A stretch of DNA of 64,000 bases from an uncultured Arenicellaceae bacterium (GTDB taxonomy: Bacteria > Pseudomonadota > Gammaproteobacteria > Arenicellales > Arenicellaceae), in contig CALSLL010000001.1 in the NCBI GenBank assembly GCA_943787185.1, positions 618,814-682,813 of the forward strand, given 5' to 3'. Under the pieces are notes generated by a model. It saw nothing but the letters and a program-made list of their open reading frames with translations. It did no database searches and was not told the DNA's origin. Shown here piece after piece: positions 9,774-20,249 of the stretch. Made by a program: the position numbers and the translations under genes. The first letter of the stretch is position 1, and every line of letters starts with the position of its first letter.

Positions 9774-10756
9774 GTAGTAGCGGTTTACGCGACTCGCATA
9801 TCCAGTTAAACGAGGATGGAAGCTTAAGACACTTCCTGACCATAGATGGTCTTTCCCAATCTTTTTTGACCGAAATCATGGAGACCGCCGAGCGGTTCAT
9901 CGATTTTGGTCAACGAAAAATTAAAAAAGCACCTCTGCTGCGCGGCTACACTATCGTAAATCTTTTTTTTGAGCCAAGCACGCGTACCCGAACAACATTT
10001 GAAATTGCAGCTAAACGCCTATCTGCAGACGTTATAAATCTAAGTGCTCAGCGCTCCTCAACAAGTAAGGGCGAAACTTTGCTTGATACAGCACGAAATC
10101 TTCAAGCGATGCATGCCGATATGCTAATCGTAAGAGATAGTCACGCCGGCGCAGCGCACCTGATCGCGACCCATCTTAATAATCAGCTGCAAGTTGTAAA
10201 CGCTGGCGACGGACGCCACGCCCATCCAACCCAGGCGATGTTAGACATGTTTACCATTCGACAGCACAAGCCTGATTTTTCGAAGCTTGCGGTCGCCATT
10301 GTGGGCGATGTTCTTCATTCACGTGTCGCTCGCTCTCAAATTCAAGCGCTTGTAATACTAGGCGTCCCGGACATACGCGTTATTGGACCAAATACCCTTA
10401 TCCCTACCGACGTTGAATCACTAGGGGTAACCGCTCATACGTCAATGGACACAGGCCTTGATAACGTAGATGTGGTGATAATGTTGCGATTGCAAAGGGA
10501 GCGCATGACGGGTCAACTGATCGCTAGCGAACAAGAATACTTTAAAACATGGGGGCTCACAGAAGAACGCATGGCAGCCGCAAATAAAGACGCGATTGTA
10601 ATGCACCCTGGACCGATAAACCGTGGTCTGGAAATTTCTTCAAGTATGGCAGACTCTTCCAAATCGCTAATATTGCCGCAAGTTACTAACGGCATTGCCA
10701 TCAGAATGTCCGTATTATCGATGGTGATGAGTGGCGCTGAAGGAGCCGGAGAGTAA
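9770..10756 (+). CDS. pyrB: Aspartate carbamoyltransferase catalytic subunit
   Basis: [27 protein letters not shown] and HPGPINRG motifs. 328 aa. Confidence 0.95.
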   Translation: MSSSGLRDSHIQLNEDGSLRHFLTIDGLSQSFLTEIMETAERFIDFGQRKIKKAPLLRGYTIVNLFFEPSTRTRTTFEIAAKRLSADVINLSAQRSSTSKGETLLDTARNLQAMHADMLIVRDSHAGAAHLIATHLNNQLQVVNAGDGRHAHPTQAMLDMFTIRQHKPDFSKLAVAIVGDVLHSRVARSQIQALVILGVPDIRVIGPNTLIPTDVESLGVTAHTSMDTGLDNVDVVIMLRLQRERMTGQLIASEQEYFKTWGLTEERMAAANKDAIVMHPGPINRGLEISSSMADSSKSLILPQVTNGIAIRMSVLSMVMSGAEGAGE

Positions 10757-12030
10757 TGCGGATTGCTATACAAGGCGGACTACTGGTTGATCCTAAAACC
10801 GGTACCGAAAAAAAGCAAAATGTTTATATTAATAAAGGAATCATCGAAGCGATCGGTAAAGAACCTGCGTGGACAAATAAAAAAGTCACCAATATTGATG
10901 CTACTGATTTAATCGTCAGCCCCGGGTTTGTCGACCTTCGGGCGAGAATGAGAGAACCAGGCCACGAGCATAAAGCAACCTTGGCAACCGAGACCAGAGC
11001 CGCTGTGCTCGCGGGCATCACTAGCTTATGCATGCCACCTGACTGTATTCCAGCTATTGATACACCGGCAATCGCGCAAATGATTAGACAACGCGCCAAT
11101 GAACTCGGCGGCGCAAAAGTATACCCAATCGCAGCACTGACACACGGCCTGCAGGGGAGTGTGCTAACCGACATGAAAGCTCTGGTAGATGCTGGGTGCG
11201 TAGGGGTGAGCAATGCTTTGGCGCCTCTAGACAATACCCTGGTAATGCGACGAGCATTGCAATACGCGACAACGTTTGACGTTCTTGCATTGATTTATCC
11301 ACAAAACGCCAGCTTACGCGGTAATGGCGTCGCGCACGAAGGCCGAGTCAGCACCCGACTTGGTCTGCCGGCTTCCCCAGTTGCCGCTGAAATAGTCGGT
11401 CTCGCTCGAGATCTTGCTTTGGTTGAAACCACCGGTGCCCGAGCACACTTTTGCGGTATAAGTAGCGCCCGAGCTGTTGAAATGATTCAGGAAGCACGCG
11501 TGCGCGGCTTATCCGTAACCGCCGATGTGACCATCGCTCATTTGCACCTAACGGAAGATAGCCTACTTAGCTTCGACACCAATTGCCATGTCGAACCGCC
11601 ATTTCGCAGCGAGCAAGATCGTCAGGCATTGGTCGCTGCAGTTGTAGATGGAACCATAACCGCAATCTGTACAGACCATCAACCGCATGAACCCGAGGCA
11701 AAACTTACCCCGTTCAGCGAATCAGAACCTGGAACCTCCAGCCTCGAAGTTTTACTGCCACTCGCGCTAGCCACAGGCAAACAAACACAAATGTCACTTG
11801 CTACTACTATTAGTATGCTTACCTACGGGCCGGCCAGAGTTCTAAATATCGAGGCCGGTGAAATCAGCGTTGGCCAGCGCGCGGATGTCTGCATCTTTGA
11901 CCGTGATGAACAATGGGTTCTGGATGAAAACTCAATCAACAGCGCAGGTAAAAATAGTCCTTTTCTTGGGGACACACTCACTGGAAAAATAAAACAGGTT
12001 ATTTGTGAGGGGAAACTGATAACAATCTAA
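10756..12030 (+). CDS. pyrC': Dihydroorotase-like protein with a degenerate metal site (non-catalytic PyrC' type)
   Basis: Amidohydrolase/DHOase fold, but the HxH motif reads VDLRARMREPG (R-A-R at 10939..10947). TAATG overlap with pyrB. 424 aa. Confidence 0.85.
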   Translation: MRIAIQGGLLVDPKTGTEKKQNVYINKGIIEAIGKEPAWTNKKVTNIDATDLIVSPGFVDLRARMREPGHEHKATLATETRAAVLAGITSLCMPPDCIPAIDTPAIAQMIRQRANELGGAKVYPIAALTHGLQGSVLTDMKALVDAGCVGVSNALAPLDNTLVMRRALQYATTFDVLALIYPQNASLRGNGVAHEGRVSTRLGLPASPVAAEIVGLARDLALVETTGARAHFCGISSARAVEMIQEARVRGLSVTADVTIAHLHLTEDSLLSFDTNCHVEPPFRSEQDRQALVAAVVDGTITAICTDHQPHEPEAKLTPFSESEPGTSSLEVLLPLALATGKQTQMSLATTISMLTYGPARVLNIEAGEISVGQRADVCIFDRDEQWVLDENSINSAGKNSPFLGDTLTGKIKQVICEGKLITI

Positions 12031-12204
12031 TCAATTTAGATAAGAATCGACAACAACGGCGAGGGTAAATCCCGCCTACACAACCTCTTTATCTTTCTTT
12101 AACTACTAGCGCCTGTCCTACCTATATCCTACCCGCCTAAATTGCTAACCAACTCCTTGCTCTATCGTGGCCCTAAACTTTACAATTTAATCTGGATTTG
12201 CTGT

Positions 12205-13305
12205 TCACTCGCTCCCATCAAAGGTTACGTCAGATAACGACTTGCCTAACTTGTCTACATCCGCATCTTTGCCTTGCAGTTTAATACGTAATCTCAAATC
12301 ATTTTCCGATTCAGCTGCGGCAATCGCATCTTCATACGACACCAGACCAGCCTCATGCAGTCCGAATAGCGATTGATCAAAAGTTTGCATTCCCCACTCC
12401 TCGGAGCGCTGCATGATATCTCGAAGTTCATCGACACGCCCCTCCTTAACAAGATCTGCGACTAAGGGACTATTAATCAGTACTTCAACCGCAGGAACTC
12501 GACCAGTTGCATCTTTAACTACCAGCAATCGCTGTGATACAACGGCATGTAAATTCATCGACAAATCCATAAGCAATTGAGTTCTTCTTTCGTCCGGGAA
12601 AAAATTAATTATTCGGTCTAATGCCTGATAAGTGTTGTTCGCATGGAGCGTAGCCATGCATAAGTGCCCAGTTTCTGCCAACACCAGAGCGCTCTCCATA
12701 GTCTCGCGAGTACGAATCTCTCCTATCTGGATCAAATCCGGAGCCTGCCGCATCGCGTTAACCAACGCCGACTCGAATGATTGGGTATCAACCCCTACTT
12801 CACGCTGGGTTACGACCGACTTATCGTGCACGTGCAAGTACTCGATCGGATCCTCAATAGTAACTATATGCCCACGCGAACGATTGTTTCTATATTGAAT
12901 CAAACTCGCCATTGAAGTGCTCTTGCCAGTTCCTGTTCCTCCAACAAATATCACTAAACCACGTTTTGCCATCGCCAATTTCTTAAGAATTGCGGGTAAT
13001 CTCAATTCCTCTACAGATGGAATAACAGTAGTAATAGAGCGCAACACCATACCGATGCTTCCTTGCTGAACAAATACATTCACCCGAAATCGTCCTATTT
13101 TTTTAGGGTGAATAGCGAAATTGCACTCTTTACTCTCTTCAAAGTCTCTGCGCTGCTCCTCATTCATAATGCTATATGCGAGTTCGCGTGAGTCTTTAGG
13201 TGTAAGCATCTCCGAATTAATCGGCAGAATCTCACCATCCACTTTTAGGGAAGGGGGAATGCCTGCTGTAATAAACATATCAGACGCATCTTTCTTACTC
13301 ATCAA
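12205..13305 (-). CDS. pilU: Type IV pilus retraction-type ATPase PilU (the N-terminus is preceded by an in-frame TAG, see findings)
   Basis: PilT/PilU-family hexameric ATPase with Walker A GGTGTGKST, Asp box IVTIEDPIEY, Walker B/His box (IQIGEIRTRET...ETGHLCMATLHANN), downstream of pilT. The ORF opens immediately after a TAG. Confidence 0.85.
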   Translation of the reverse strand: MMSKKDASDMFITAGIPPSLKVDGEILPINSEMLTPKDSRELAYSIMNEEQRRDFEESKECNFAIHPKKIGRFRVNVFVQQGSIGMVLRSITTVIPSVEELRLPAILKKLAMAKRGLVIFVGGTGTGKSTSMASLIQYRNNRSRGHIVTIEDPIEYLHVHDKSVVTQREVGVDTQSFESALVNAMRQAPDLIQIGEIRTRETMESALVLAETGHLCMATLHANNTYQALDRIINFFPDERRTQLLMDLSMNLHAVVSQRLLVVKDATGRVPAVEVLINSPLVADLVKEGRVDELRDIMQRSEEWGMQTFDQSLFGLHEAGLVSYEDAIAAAESENDLRLRIKLQGKDADVDKLGKSLSDVTFDGSE

Positions 13306-13376
13306 CTACAGCAATTCTGGCATTTGCATGATGCTATCTCACTTAGTCAAGATTCGATTGTCGCAAAAAGGACAAC

Positions 13377-14411
13377 CTAAAATTTTGTTTTATCAACGGC
13401 TTTTTCTCTGGCGTCTCGAGTCGTTATCAACCGCTTTTGAACCAAGCGCAGCAAACATTGATCCAAAGTCTCCATCCCGCTCGCCTGACCAGTCTGAATC
13501 GTAGAATACATTTGTGCCACCTTATCTTCTCGAATTAAATTTCGAATCGCACCGGTAGCCATCATGATTTCGTGTGCAGCCACACGCCCACCACCTATTT
13601 TTTTAAGGAGGGTTTGAGATATTACAGCTTGTAGAGACTCAGATAGCATAGACCGAACCATGGCTTTTTCTGCGGCCGGAAACACGTCAATTATTCGATC
13701 GACGGTCTTAGGTGCTGACGTGGTATGCAAAGTACCAAACACAAGATGCCCTGTTTCTGCAGCAGTTAACGCTAGGCTAATCGTTTCCAAATCACGCATT
13801 TCGCCTACCAAAATAACATCCGGATCTTCACGTAGGGCTGAACGTAAGGCACTATCAAATCCATGTGTATGTTCATTTAATTCTCGTTGGTTAATCAGCG
13901 AATTTTTACTTTCATGGACAAATTCGATCGGATCCTCAATCGTGAGAATGTGAGCATGCTCATTCTCATTAACATGATTCACCATTGCCGCTAGGGTCGT
14001 TGATTTACCTGAACCCGTCGGCCCGGTAACAAGAACGATACCGCGTGGCTTCAAAGATATTTCTTTAAATATATCGGGGGCATTCAATTCTTCCAGCGTA
14101 AGAATTTTGGTTGGAATGGTCCGAAAAACCGCGGCCGCACCCCGCTTCTGATTAAATGCGTTTACACGAAATCGTGCCAAATCGGGTATCTCAAACGAAA
14201 AATCAGTTTCGAGGTTTTCTTCAAAAGCCTTACGTTGCTTGTCGTTCATGATATCGAAAATCATAGCTTGAACATCTTCCTGTTCAAGCGCCGGTAAATT
14301 AATTTTCTTGATATCCCCATCTATCCTAATCATGGGTGGTAGACCAGCAGAAATATGTAAGTCCGAAGCGCCGTTCTTATCGGAAAATGCCAACAACTCA
14401 GATATGTCCAT
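13377..14411 (-). CDS. pilT: Twitching motility ATPase PilT
   Basis: MDISELLAFSDKNGASDLHISAGLPPMIRIDGD, GPTGSGKSTT, ILTIEDPIEF, ILVGEMRDLETI, GHLVFGTLHT and AIRNLIREDK. 344 aa. Confidence 0.95.
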   Translation of the reverse strand: MDISELLAFSDKNGASDLHISAGLPPMIRIDGDIKKINLPALEQEDVQAMIFDIMNDKQRKAFEENLETDFSFEIPDLARFRVNAFNQKRGAAAVFRTIPTKILTLEELNAPDIFKEISLKPRGIVLVTGPTGSGKSTTLAAMVNHVNENEHAHILTIEDPIEFVHESKNSLINQRELNEHTHGFDSALRSALREDPDVILVGEMRDLETISLALTAAETGHLVFGTLHTTSAPKTVDRIIDVFPAAEKAMVRSMLSESLQAVISQTLLKKIGGGRVAAHEIMMATGAIRNLIREDKVAQMYSTIQTGQASGMETLDQCLLRLVQKRLITTRDAREKAVDKTKF

Positions 14412-14519
14412 ACCTTCTCCAGAAGACCTGTTATCATTTCCTTTACCGACTCTGGAACTTCGGTTCAGGCGAACAATTTAAGAGTATACCGTGTCCCAAT
14501 TTAGTGACAAGCGCTACAT

Positions 14520-15209
14520 ATGAAAAACGATTTTAATTCACGTTTTCATAAGCTTAAAGATAGAATCTCAGACGCTGAAAGAGCTGCAGGATTTGAAGCA
14601 AACAAAGTTACGTTAATCGCTGCCAGCAAAACCCAACCCTCCGAAAAAATCGAACAAGCAGCAAAAGCCGGGATCACTCACTTTGGCGAAAACTATTTGC
14701 AAGAATCGATTAAAAAAATACAAGTACTTCAACACCTTAATGTCTGCTGGCATTTTATTGGCGCCATCCAGAGCAACAAAACTGATTCCATTGCAGAGCA
14801 TTTTGACTGGGTCCACACAATAGATCGACTCAAGATAGCCCGCCGCCTATCAGAGCACCGCGCGCGGCACTCTTTCGAGCTAAACGTTCTAATTCAAGTA
14901 AACATTGACGATGAACCGCAAAAATCCGGTGTGTCAATGCAAGACCTACCTCTACTGGCAAATCAAATAGAGTTACTCCCTAACTTAAAGCTACGAGGTC
15001 TAATGGCAATACCCAAACCACGAGAAAGTGCGCTGGAACAGCAAAAAGTATTTGGCAGAGTCACCGCTTGCCATAAACAACTTGCCAGCGAAATCGGTCC
15101 GCACTTTGATTCCTTATCAATGGGTATGTCCGCCGACCTAGAAGCAGCTATTCAGTCCGGTGCGACACACGTCCGTATCGGTAGTGATCTATTTGGTCCC
15201 AGATCTTAA
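14520..15209 (+). CDS. yggS: PLP-binding homeostasis protein YggS
   Basis: VTLIAASKTQ (PLP lysine), HFGENYLQE, WHFIGAIQSNK and LSMGMSADLEAAI. 229 aa. Confidence 0.9.
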   Translation: MKNDFNSRFHKLKDRISDAERAAGFEANKVTLIAASKTQPSEKIEQAAKAGITHFGENYLQESIKKIQVLQHLNVCWHFIGAIQSNKTDSIAEHFDWVHTIDRLKIARRLSEHRARHSFELNVLIQVNIDDEPQKSGVSMQDLPLLANQIELLPNLKLRGLMAIPKPRESALEQQKVFGRVTACHKQLASEIGPHFDSLSMGMSADLEAAIQSGATHVRIGSDLFGPRS

Positions 15210-15344
15210 TTTTGCAATCCAGATCAGGATCTCAGTTCTAACAATCAAGTAAAGTCTAATAAGATAACCGAATGACGGTTGGCCTAGGCCGCACTTCCGC
15301 CCTACAATACACAACTTGAATGACAGAACTTTTATAGAAGCTAT

Positions 15345-16160
15345 ATGCAAATTAATGCTGGGTTTATAGGCGGTGGAAATATGGCTGCCAGCCTCATCGG
15401 CGGGTTAATCCCTGATACGGTTCCGGCCAGTAATATCATTGTCGCCGAACCAAGGGATGAACGACGAAATGAACTAATAGATCTATTCGGCGTGCAGGTA
15501 ACCGCGGACAATAATATTGTTTGCCAAAATGCTGACGTAATAGTTCTTGCGGTAAAACCTCAACTAATGTCCGATGTGGTTCAGCAGCTAGAGGGTTATC
15601 AAGATCAAACGCTATTTATATCAATAGCTGCTGGAATAAGTATTGAAAGCCTCCAAGCTTGGCTTGGCACACACAATCCGGTTGTTCGCGTTATGCCAAA
15701 CACGCCAGCATTGGTCGGTTATGGCGCTAGCGCCTTATACGCTAGCGCGAGCGTCAATAACGAACAAAAAGAAATCGCAGAATCAATGCTTAACGCCGTT
15801 GGTATTTCAACATGGGTCAACCGGGAGTCAGATCTCGATATCGTTACCGCGCTTTCCGGTAGCGGCCCCGCTTACTTCATGTTATTTATCAAAGCGCTTG
15901 TAGATAAGGCCATACAAGCTGGCCTGAGTGAGGCCGTAGCAAACGAACTGGCTATGCAAACCGCAATAGGTGCAGCGACACTTGCGAAGTTATCAGATGA
16001 TGACCTAACAACTCTAATTCAAAAAGTAACCTCTCCCGGTGGAACCACGGCAAAAGCGATGGAGGTGCTAAATAATCGAGAGGTACCAGAAATTATCGCC
16101 GAAGCATTCGATGCTGCGCAGAAACGCTCAGAGGCAATGGCCGAAGAATTTAGTCATTAG
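15345..16160 (+). CDS. proC: Pyrroline-5-carboxylate reductase
   Basis: GFIGGGNMA Rossmann start, VLAVKPQ, RVMPNTPA and SPGGTT motifs. 271 aa. Confidence 0.95.
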   Translation: MQINAGFIGGGNMAASLIGGLIPDTVPASNIIVAEPRDERRNELIDLFGVQVTADNNIVCQNADVIVLAVKPQLMSDVVQQLEGYQDQTLFISIAAGISIESLQAWLGTHNPVVRVMPNTPALVGYGASALYASASVNNEQKEIAESMLNAVGISTWVNRESDLDIVTALSGSGPAYFMLFIKALVDKAIQAGLSEAVANELAMQTAIGAATLAKLSDDDLTTLIQKVTSPGGTTAKAMEVLNNREVPEIIAEAFDAAQKRSEAMAEEFSH

Positions 16161-16210
16161 CCAAACACACCAATACTATTTAACCCCCTTATAGACCTGA
16201 ATACACTTTT

Positions 16211-16790
16211 ATGAATAACCCCTACATTGGCAATGCAACGTCCTATCTTATCGACGTTTTTCTCGGGCTTTTTATTTTTGCTCTACTGCTGAGATTTATG
16301 ATGCAGTGGGTTCGCGGAGATTTTTACAACCCGATTGGCGAATTCTTGGTGAAATTCACTAATCCAGTCGTTTTAACCCCTTCGACGCATTATCCCGGGC
16401 TTTATGGGGCTAGACTTCGCAACCTTATTCGCGACAATTGCTTTTTCGTTCGTAAAAACTTGGCTGCTTCTTTCGATTGCCGGTGCTCAAGCAGCGCCAC
16501 TTGGTCTGTTTATTTACACGTTAGCTGAATTGCTTAAGCTATCTGTCTATATTTTTATGGGGGCAATGATAATTCGCATTATTGCGAGTTGGGTTGCTCC
16601 TCACGCTGCCTATAACCCAATTATGTCCCCGGTGTACGCTTTGTCTGAACCACTAATGTCAACTGCTCGCAGAATCATCCCTGATTTTGGAGGCATTGAT
16701 TTATCGCCAATTCTGGTATTCGTATTTTTAAACCTTACGCAAATGCTAGTAATTGCACCACTGTATGCCCTTGCACAGCAGTACATGTAA
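16211..16790 (+). pseudogene. yggT: YggT-family membrane protein split by a single extra base (frameshift or consensus error)
   Basis: The N-terminal half is in frame 2 (16211..; ...GDFYNPIGEFLVKFTNPVVL). The conserved continuation PLRRIIPGFMGLDFATLF... and the second YGGT repeat are in frame 0 from 16377 to the stop at 16790. The shift lies in gttttaacccc (16370..16380). Confidence 0.75.
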
Positions 16791-16804
16791 AAACACATTA
16801 AGTC

Positions 16805-17974
16805 GTGAATCCTAAAACAAATAATTCTATTGGCATTGTTTCGCCTCAGACCCTGCATTTTACCGAACGGGTACAACTTAAAAGCGGCGACCATCTCGAG
16901 CAATTTGATGTGGTTTACGAATGCTACGGAAAGTTAAACAGCAACAATACGAATGCAATTCTAATTTGTCATGCACTTAGCGGTGACCACCATGCAGCGG
17001 GCTATCATAGTGCCGAAGACCCTCATTCCGGCTGGTGGAACAACCTAATTGGACCCGGAAAACCGATAGATACGAATAGATTTTTCGTTATTTGCACGAA
17101 TAATTTAGGCGGTTTTCAAGGTAGCACTGGCCCTGCCAGTATTAACCCAGCTACTAATCAACCTTACGGCCCTGACTTTCCGATGGTCACAGTTGAAGAT
17201 TGGGTCACCGTACAATCGATGGTCGCTGATCGCCTAAAAATCGACGTGTGGGCGGCGGTAATTGGCGGAAGTCTTGGTGGAATGCAGGCAATGCAATGGA
17301 GTATTGATTACCCTTCGCGCATAAAACACAGCTGCATCATCGCTTCAACACCAAAATTGAGTGCACAAAATATCGCGTTCAATGATGTCGCCCGTCAGGC
17401 AATTCGAACCGACAGTGAATTCTATGATGGGAGGTATTATGAGAAGAATACCGTCCCGTCACGGGGGCTGCGCGTCGCTCGGATGCTAGGTCATATCACC
17501 TATTTATCAGATGATCTAATGGCCGAAAAATTTGGCCGCAATCTAAGAGACATAGAAAGTATCGGATTTAATTACAACCCGGAATTCGAAGTCGAAAGTT
17601 ATTTGCGTTATCAAGGTGATCGTTTCGCACAATCATTTGATGCAAACACGTATTTGTTAATGACAAAAGCTCTGGACTATTACGATCCTGCCGAAGCACA
17701 TGAAGGCAATCTCAGCCGTGCAATGGCCCCAGCTGTATGCAATTTTTTAGTCATATCCTTTACTAGCGATTGGCGATTTACGGTTGAACGCTCACGCGAG
17801 ATAGTTAAAGCAATCCACGACAATGACCTAAACGTTACATACGCAGAAATTACCGCCTCCCAAGGTCACGACGCCTTTCTGCTTGAAATACCCGATTATC
17901 TAAATGTTTTTTACGCCTATATGGATCAAGTGTTCGAAAGCACGTTAGATATACCGGACGGAGGCCCCAAATGA
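16805..17974 (+). CDS. metX: Homoserine O-acyltransferase MetX
   Basis: Alpha/beta hydrolase with GGSLGGMQA nucleophile elbow and the typical MetX N-terminus (...[21 protein letters not shown]). ATGA overlap with metW. 389 aa. Confidence 0.9.
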   Translation: MNPKTNNSIGIVSPQTLHFTERVQLKSGDHLEQFDVVYECYGKLNSNNTNAILICHALSGDHHAAGYHSAEDPHSGWWNNLIGPGKPIDTNRFFVICTNNLGGFQGSTGPASINPATNQPYGPDFPMVTVEDWVTVQSMVADRLKIDVWAAVIGGSLGGMQAMQWSIDYPSRIKHSCIIASTPKLSAQNIAFNDVARQAIRTDSEFYDGRYYEKNTVPSRGLRVARMLGHITYLSDDLMAEKFGRNLRDIESIGFNYNPEFEVESYLRYQGDRFAQSFDANTYLLMTKALDYYDPAEAHEGNLSRAMAPAVCNFLVISFTSDWRFTVERSREIVKAIHDNDLNVTYAEITASQGHDAFLLEIPDYLNVFYAYMDQVFESTLDIPDGGPK

Positions 17975-18576
17975 TCCCGCAGATTAAACGCCCCGATTTC
18001 GACATAATAACTAAATGGATTGAACCAAACACTCGAGTACTTGATCTTGGCTGCGAAGACGGAGAACTTCTAAAACGACTAAGCGATAAATCTGTATCTG
18101 GCTATGGGGTCGAGATAAACCCCGAAGCAATACCCCTCTGCGTAAAAAACGGTGTAAATGTGATCCAGCTAAACCTGAATCAAGGGTTAGCTGGTTTTGA
18201 TGACGATTCTTTCGATTATGTAGTGTTATCTTTAACGCTACAGGCGATGAAAAGCCCGCGCCAGCTGCTAAAAGAAATGCTTCGGGTCGGACAGACAGGC
18301 ATCGTCTCTTTCCCTAATTTTGGTCACTGGAAAGTGCGTGCGCAACTTGGGTTTGGCGGGCGAATGCCAGTAAGCCGCCACCTACCAAATAGTTGGTTCA
18401 ATACACCAAATATTCACATGTGCACGCTAAAAGATTTCGAAATACTGTGTGCGGAAGAAGGAATTAAAATTCTTGATCGTCGTGCAGTAAATTACAAACA
18501 CGAAACATCTACAGGCTTGAGATTTTTCCCTAACCTACTTGGTGAAATTGCACTGTATATGTTCACCAAAGCTTAA
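17971..18576 (+). CDS. metW: Methionine biosynthesis protein MetW
   Basis: SAM-MTase-like [12 protein letters not shown] motif, 201 aa, translationally coupled to metX. Confidence 0.9.
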   Translation: MIPQIKRPDFDIITKWIEPNTRVLDLGCEDGELLKRLSDKSVSGYGVEINPEAIPLCVKNGVNVIQLNLNQGLAGFDDDSFDYVVLSLTLQAMKSPRQLLKEMLRVGQTGIVSFPNFGHWKVRAQLGFGGRMPVSRHLPNSWFNTPNIHMCTLKDFEILCAEEGIKILDRRAVNYKHETSTGLRFFPNLLGEIALYMFTKA

Positions 18577-18631
18577 TGGTTTTGTCTTAGGCTCTAAGAA
18601 GGCTGAAGCACTTGATGAGCTCGATAGTTCG

Positions 18632-18979
18632 CTAAATCGAATTTTTCCAATCAGCTTGTTTATAACCAACCAAGCCCAAGGTGTCCCCTAATAAAAACGG
18701 TCGTTTAATCAATTTCCCATTTCCAGACAGCAGTGTAATAGCTTCAGCAGCACTCATATTGGCCAAGCGATCCTTCATACCCAGCTCTCTGTACTGTAAG
18801 CCCGAAGTGTTAAATAGCTTTCGAAGCTCACCATTTTGATGAGCAAGCATTGCACTTAACTCATCTTCTGAGGGTGGCTGAGTCGTTATATCTATAGACT
18901 CATACGCAACACCTCGAGAGTCGAGAAATTTTTGCGCCTTACGACACGTACTACAATTTTTATATTGGTAAAACTTCAC
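18632..18979 (-). CDS. ArsC/Spx-family thioredoxin-fold protein (YffB-like)
   Basis: MKFYQYKNCSTCRKAQKFL... with KRPFL near the C-terminus. 115 aa, GTG start. Confidence 0.75.
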   Translation of the reverse strand: MKFYQYKNCSTCRKAQKFLDSRGVAYESIDITTQPPSEDELSAMLAHQNGELRKLFNTSGLQYRELGMKDRLANMSAAEAITLLSGNGKLIKRPFLLGDTLGLVGYKQADWKNSI

Positions 18980-18991
18980 AGGTGCGTTGTT

Positions 18992-20065
18992 CTATACTCT
19001 ACTTGGATCGGTTTTTAAGCGTCGATCACGTACTGACTTCGCCAGCCCATGCAGCACAGCATCGGTATCTTCCATCGACAAGCAAGCATCCGTGATGCTC
19101 TGACCATAGGTTAGCGGCTCACCGGGTTTCACTTTCTGATTCCCCGCAACCAAATGCGATTCAATCATTACTCCAAATATGCTACTACTTCCACCCGCTA
19201 TTTGATCACCAACGTTTTTAGCCACTTCGATTTGCTTTTGGTGCTGTTTTTCACTGTTGGCATGACTAAAATCAATCATGATTTTTTTTGGTAATCCGGC
19301 TTTTTCCAAGGCAGCTTCTGCACTCAAAATCTGCTCTGGTTGATAATTAACTCCACTGCTGCCCCCTCGAAGTATGATGTGGCAGTCGGAATTTCCGGCA
19401 CTATTAAAAATCGCGGTTCGCCCTTCTTTAGTTACAGAAAGAAATATATGTGGGTTATTACTAGCGCCTATAGCATCAACAGCAATTTGCAAATTTCCAC
19501 TGGTTCCGTTCTTAAATCCAACAGGACAAGACAAACCCGAAGCTAACTCACGATGACACTGACTTTCAGTGGTACGAGCCCCAATGGCGCCCCATGACAC
19601 AAGGTCGCCAGTGTACTGAGGCGTGATCAAATCCAGATACTCACTACCCACCGGCAGGCCCATCTCGTTAATATCGCGCAATAGTGTCCTGGCAATAGTG
19701 AGACCTTTCTGAATCTGAAAACTTTCATCAAGATCAGGGTCATTAATTAGCCCCTTCCAACCGACCGTTGTTCTTGGCTTTTCAAAATATACTCGCATCA
19801 CTATTTGCAAGTCGTCTTGAAGCGCATTCTTCATCTCTAACAATCGTCCGGCATACTCTAATGCCGACTTAGGATCATGAATGGAACATGGCCCAACAAT
19901 AACAAGCAGTCGGTCGTCCGTTCCTGCGAGTATATTGTGAATCCCGTTACGCCCTGCAGCAACTACCTCGGCCGCCTGCTCAGAAATGGATACTTGCTGT
20001 AAGAGAATATTGGGAGGCACCAACTCCTGAGTGCCAACTATTCGTAAATCATCTGTCTGTTGCAT
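18992..20065 (-). CDS. 3-deoxy-7-phosphoheptulonate (DAHP) synthase, class I
   Basis: Collinear with E. coli AroG from MQQTDDLRIVGTQELVPP (cf. MNYQNDDLRIKEIKELLPP) through GPCSIHDP, VYFEKPRTTVGWKGLINDP, GARTTESQ and IDFSHANS. I therefore use ATG 20065 rather than the TTG at 20125. The isoenzyme type is not determinable. Confidence 0.9.
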   Translation of the reverse strand: MQQTDDLRIVGTQELVPPNILLQQVSISEQAAEVVAAGRNGIHNILAGTDDRLLVIVGPCSIHDPKSALEYAGRLLEMKNALQDDLQIVMRVYFEKPRTTVGWKGLINDPDLDESFQIQKGLTIARTLLRDINEMGLPVGSEYLDLITPQYTGDLVSWGAIGARTTESQCHRELASGLSCPVGFKNGTSGNLQIAVDAIGASNNPHIFLSVTKEGRTAIFNSAGNSDCHIILRGGSSGVNYQPEQILSAEAALEKAGLPKKIMIDFSHANSEKQHQKQIEVAKNVGDQIAGGSSSIFGVMIESHLVAGNQKVKPGEPLTYGQSITDACLSMEDTDAVLHGLAKSVRDRRLKTDPSRV

Positions 20066-20249
20066 TATTCGAAAACTCACTCTCGGCATTCGGGCCATTA
20101 TTGGCCTTACTATTAAGACTGCCAAATCAAAGGGATGCGTAGTTTACAGACAATTCGAAAACTAGTGTATGTAAATTGCCACATTCGTATACTAAGCTAT
20201 CGAATACTGTAGATAAACGATTCTAGTTACATTTTAGCAAGTAGAACCA

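Noticed and set aside
16404-16790. Reading the second yggT fragment as an independent single-repeat YggT gene
   Set aside because: The conserved PLRRIIPGF segment lies upstream of its ATG in the same frame, and the first fragment supplies the missing half in another frame. A single-base indel explains both.
20066-20125. 20-codon N-terminal extension of DAHP synthase (TTG start in the ORF track)
   Set aside because: Alignment to the E. coli AroG N-terminus begins exactly at ATG 20065, and the extension has no counterpart.
20143-20175. Possible TyrR boxes upstream of the DAHP synthase gene (TTTACA at 20143, TGTAAA at 20170)
   Set aside because: These are only isolated half-sites. Neither forms the TGTAAA-N6-TTTACA arrangement.
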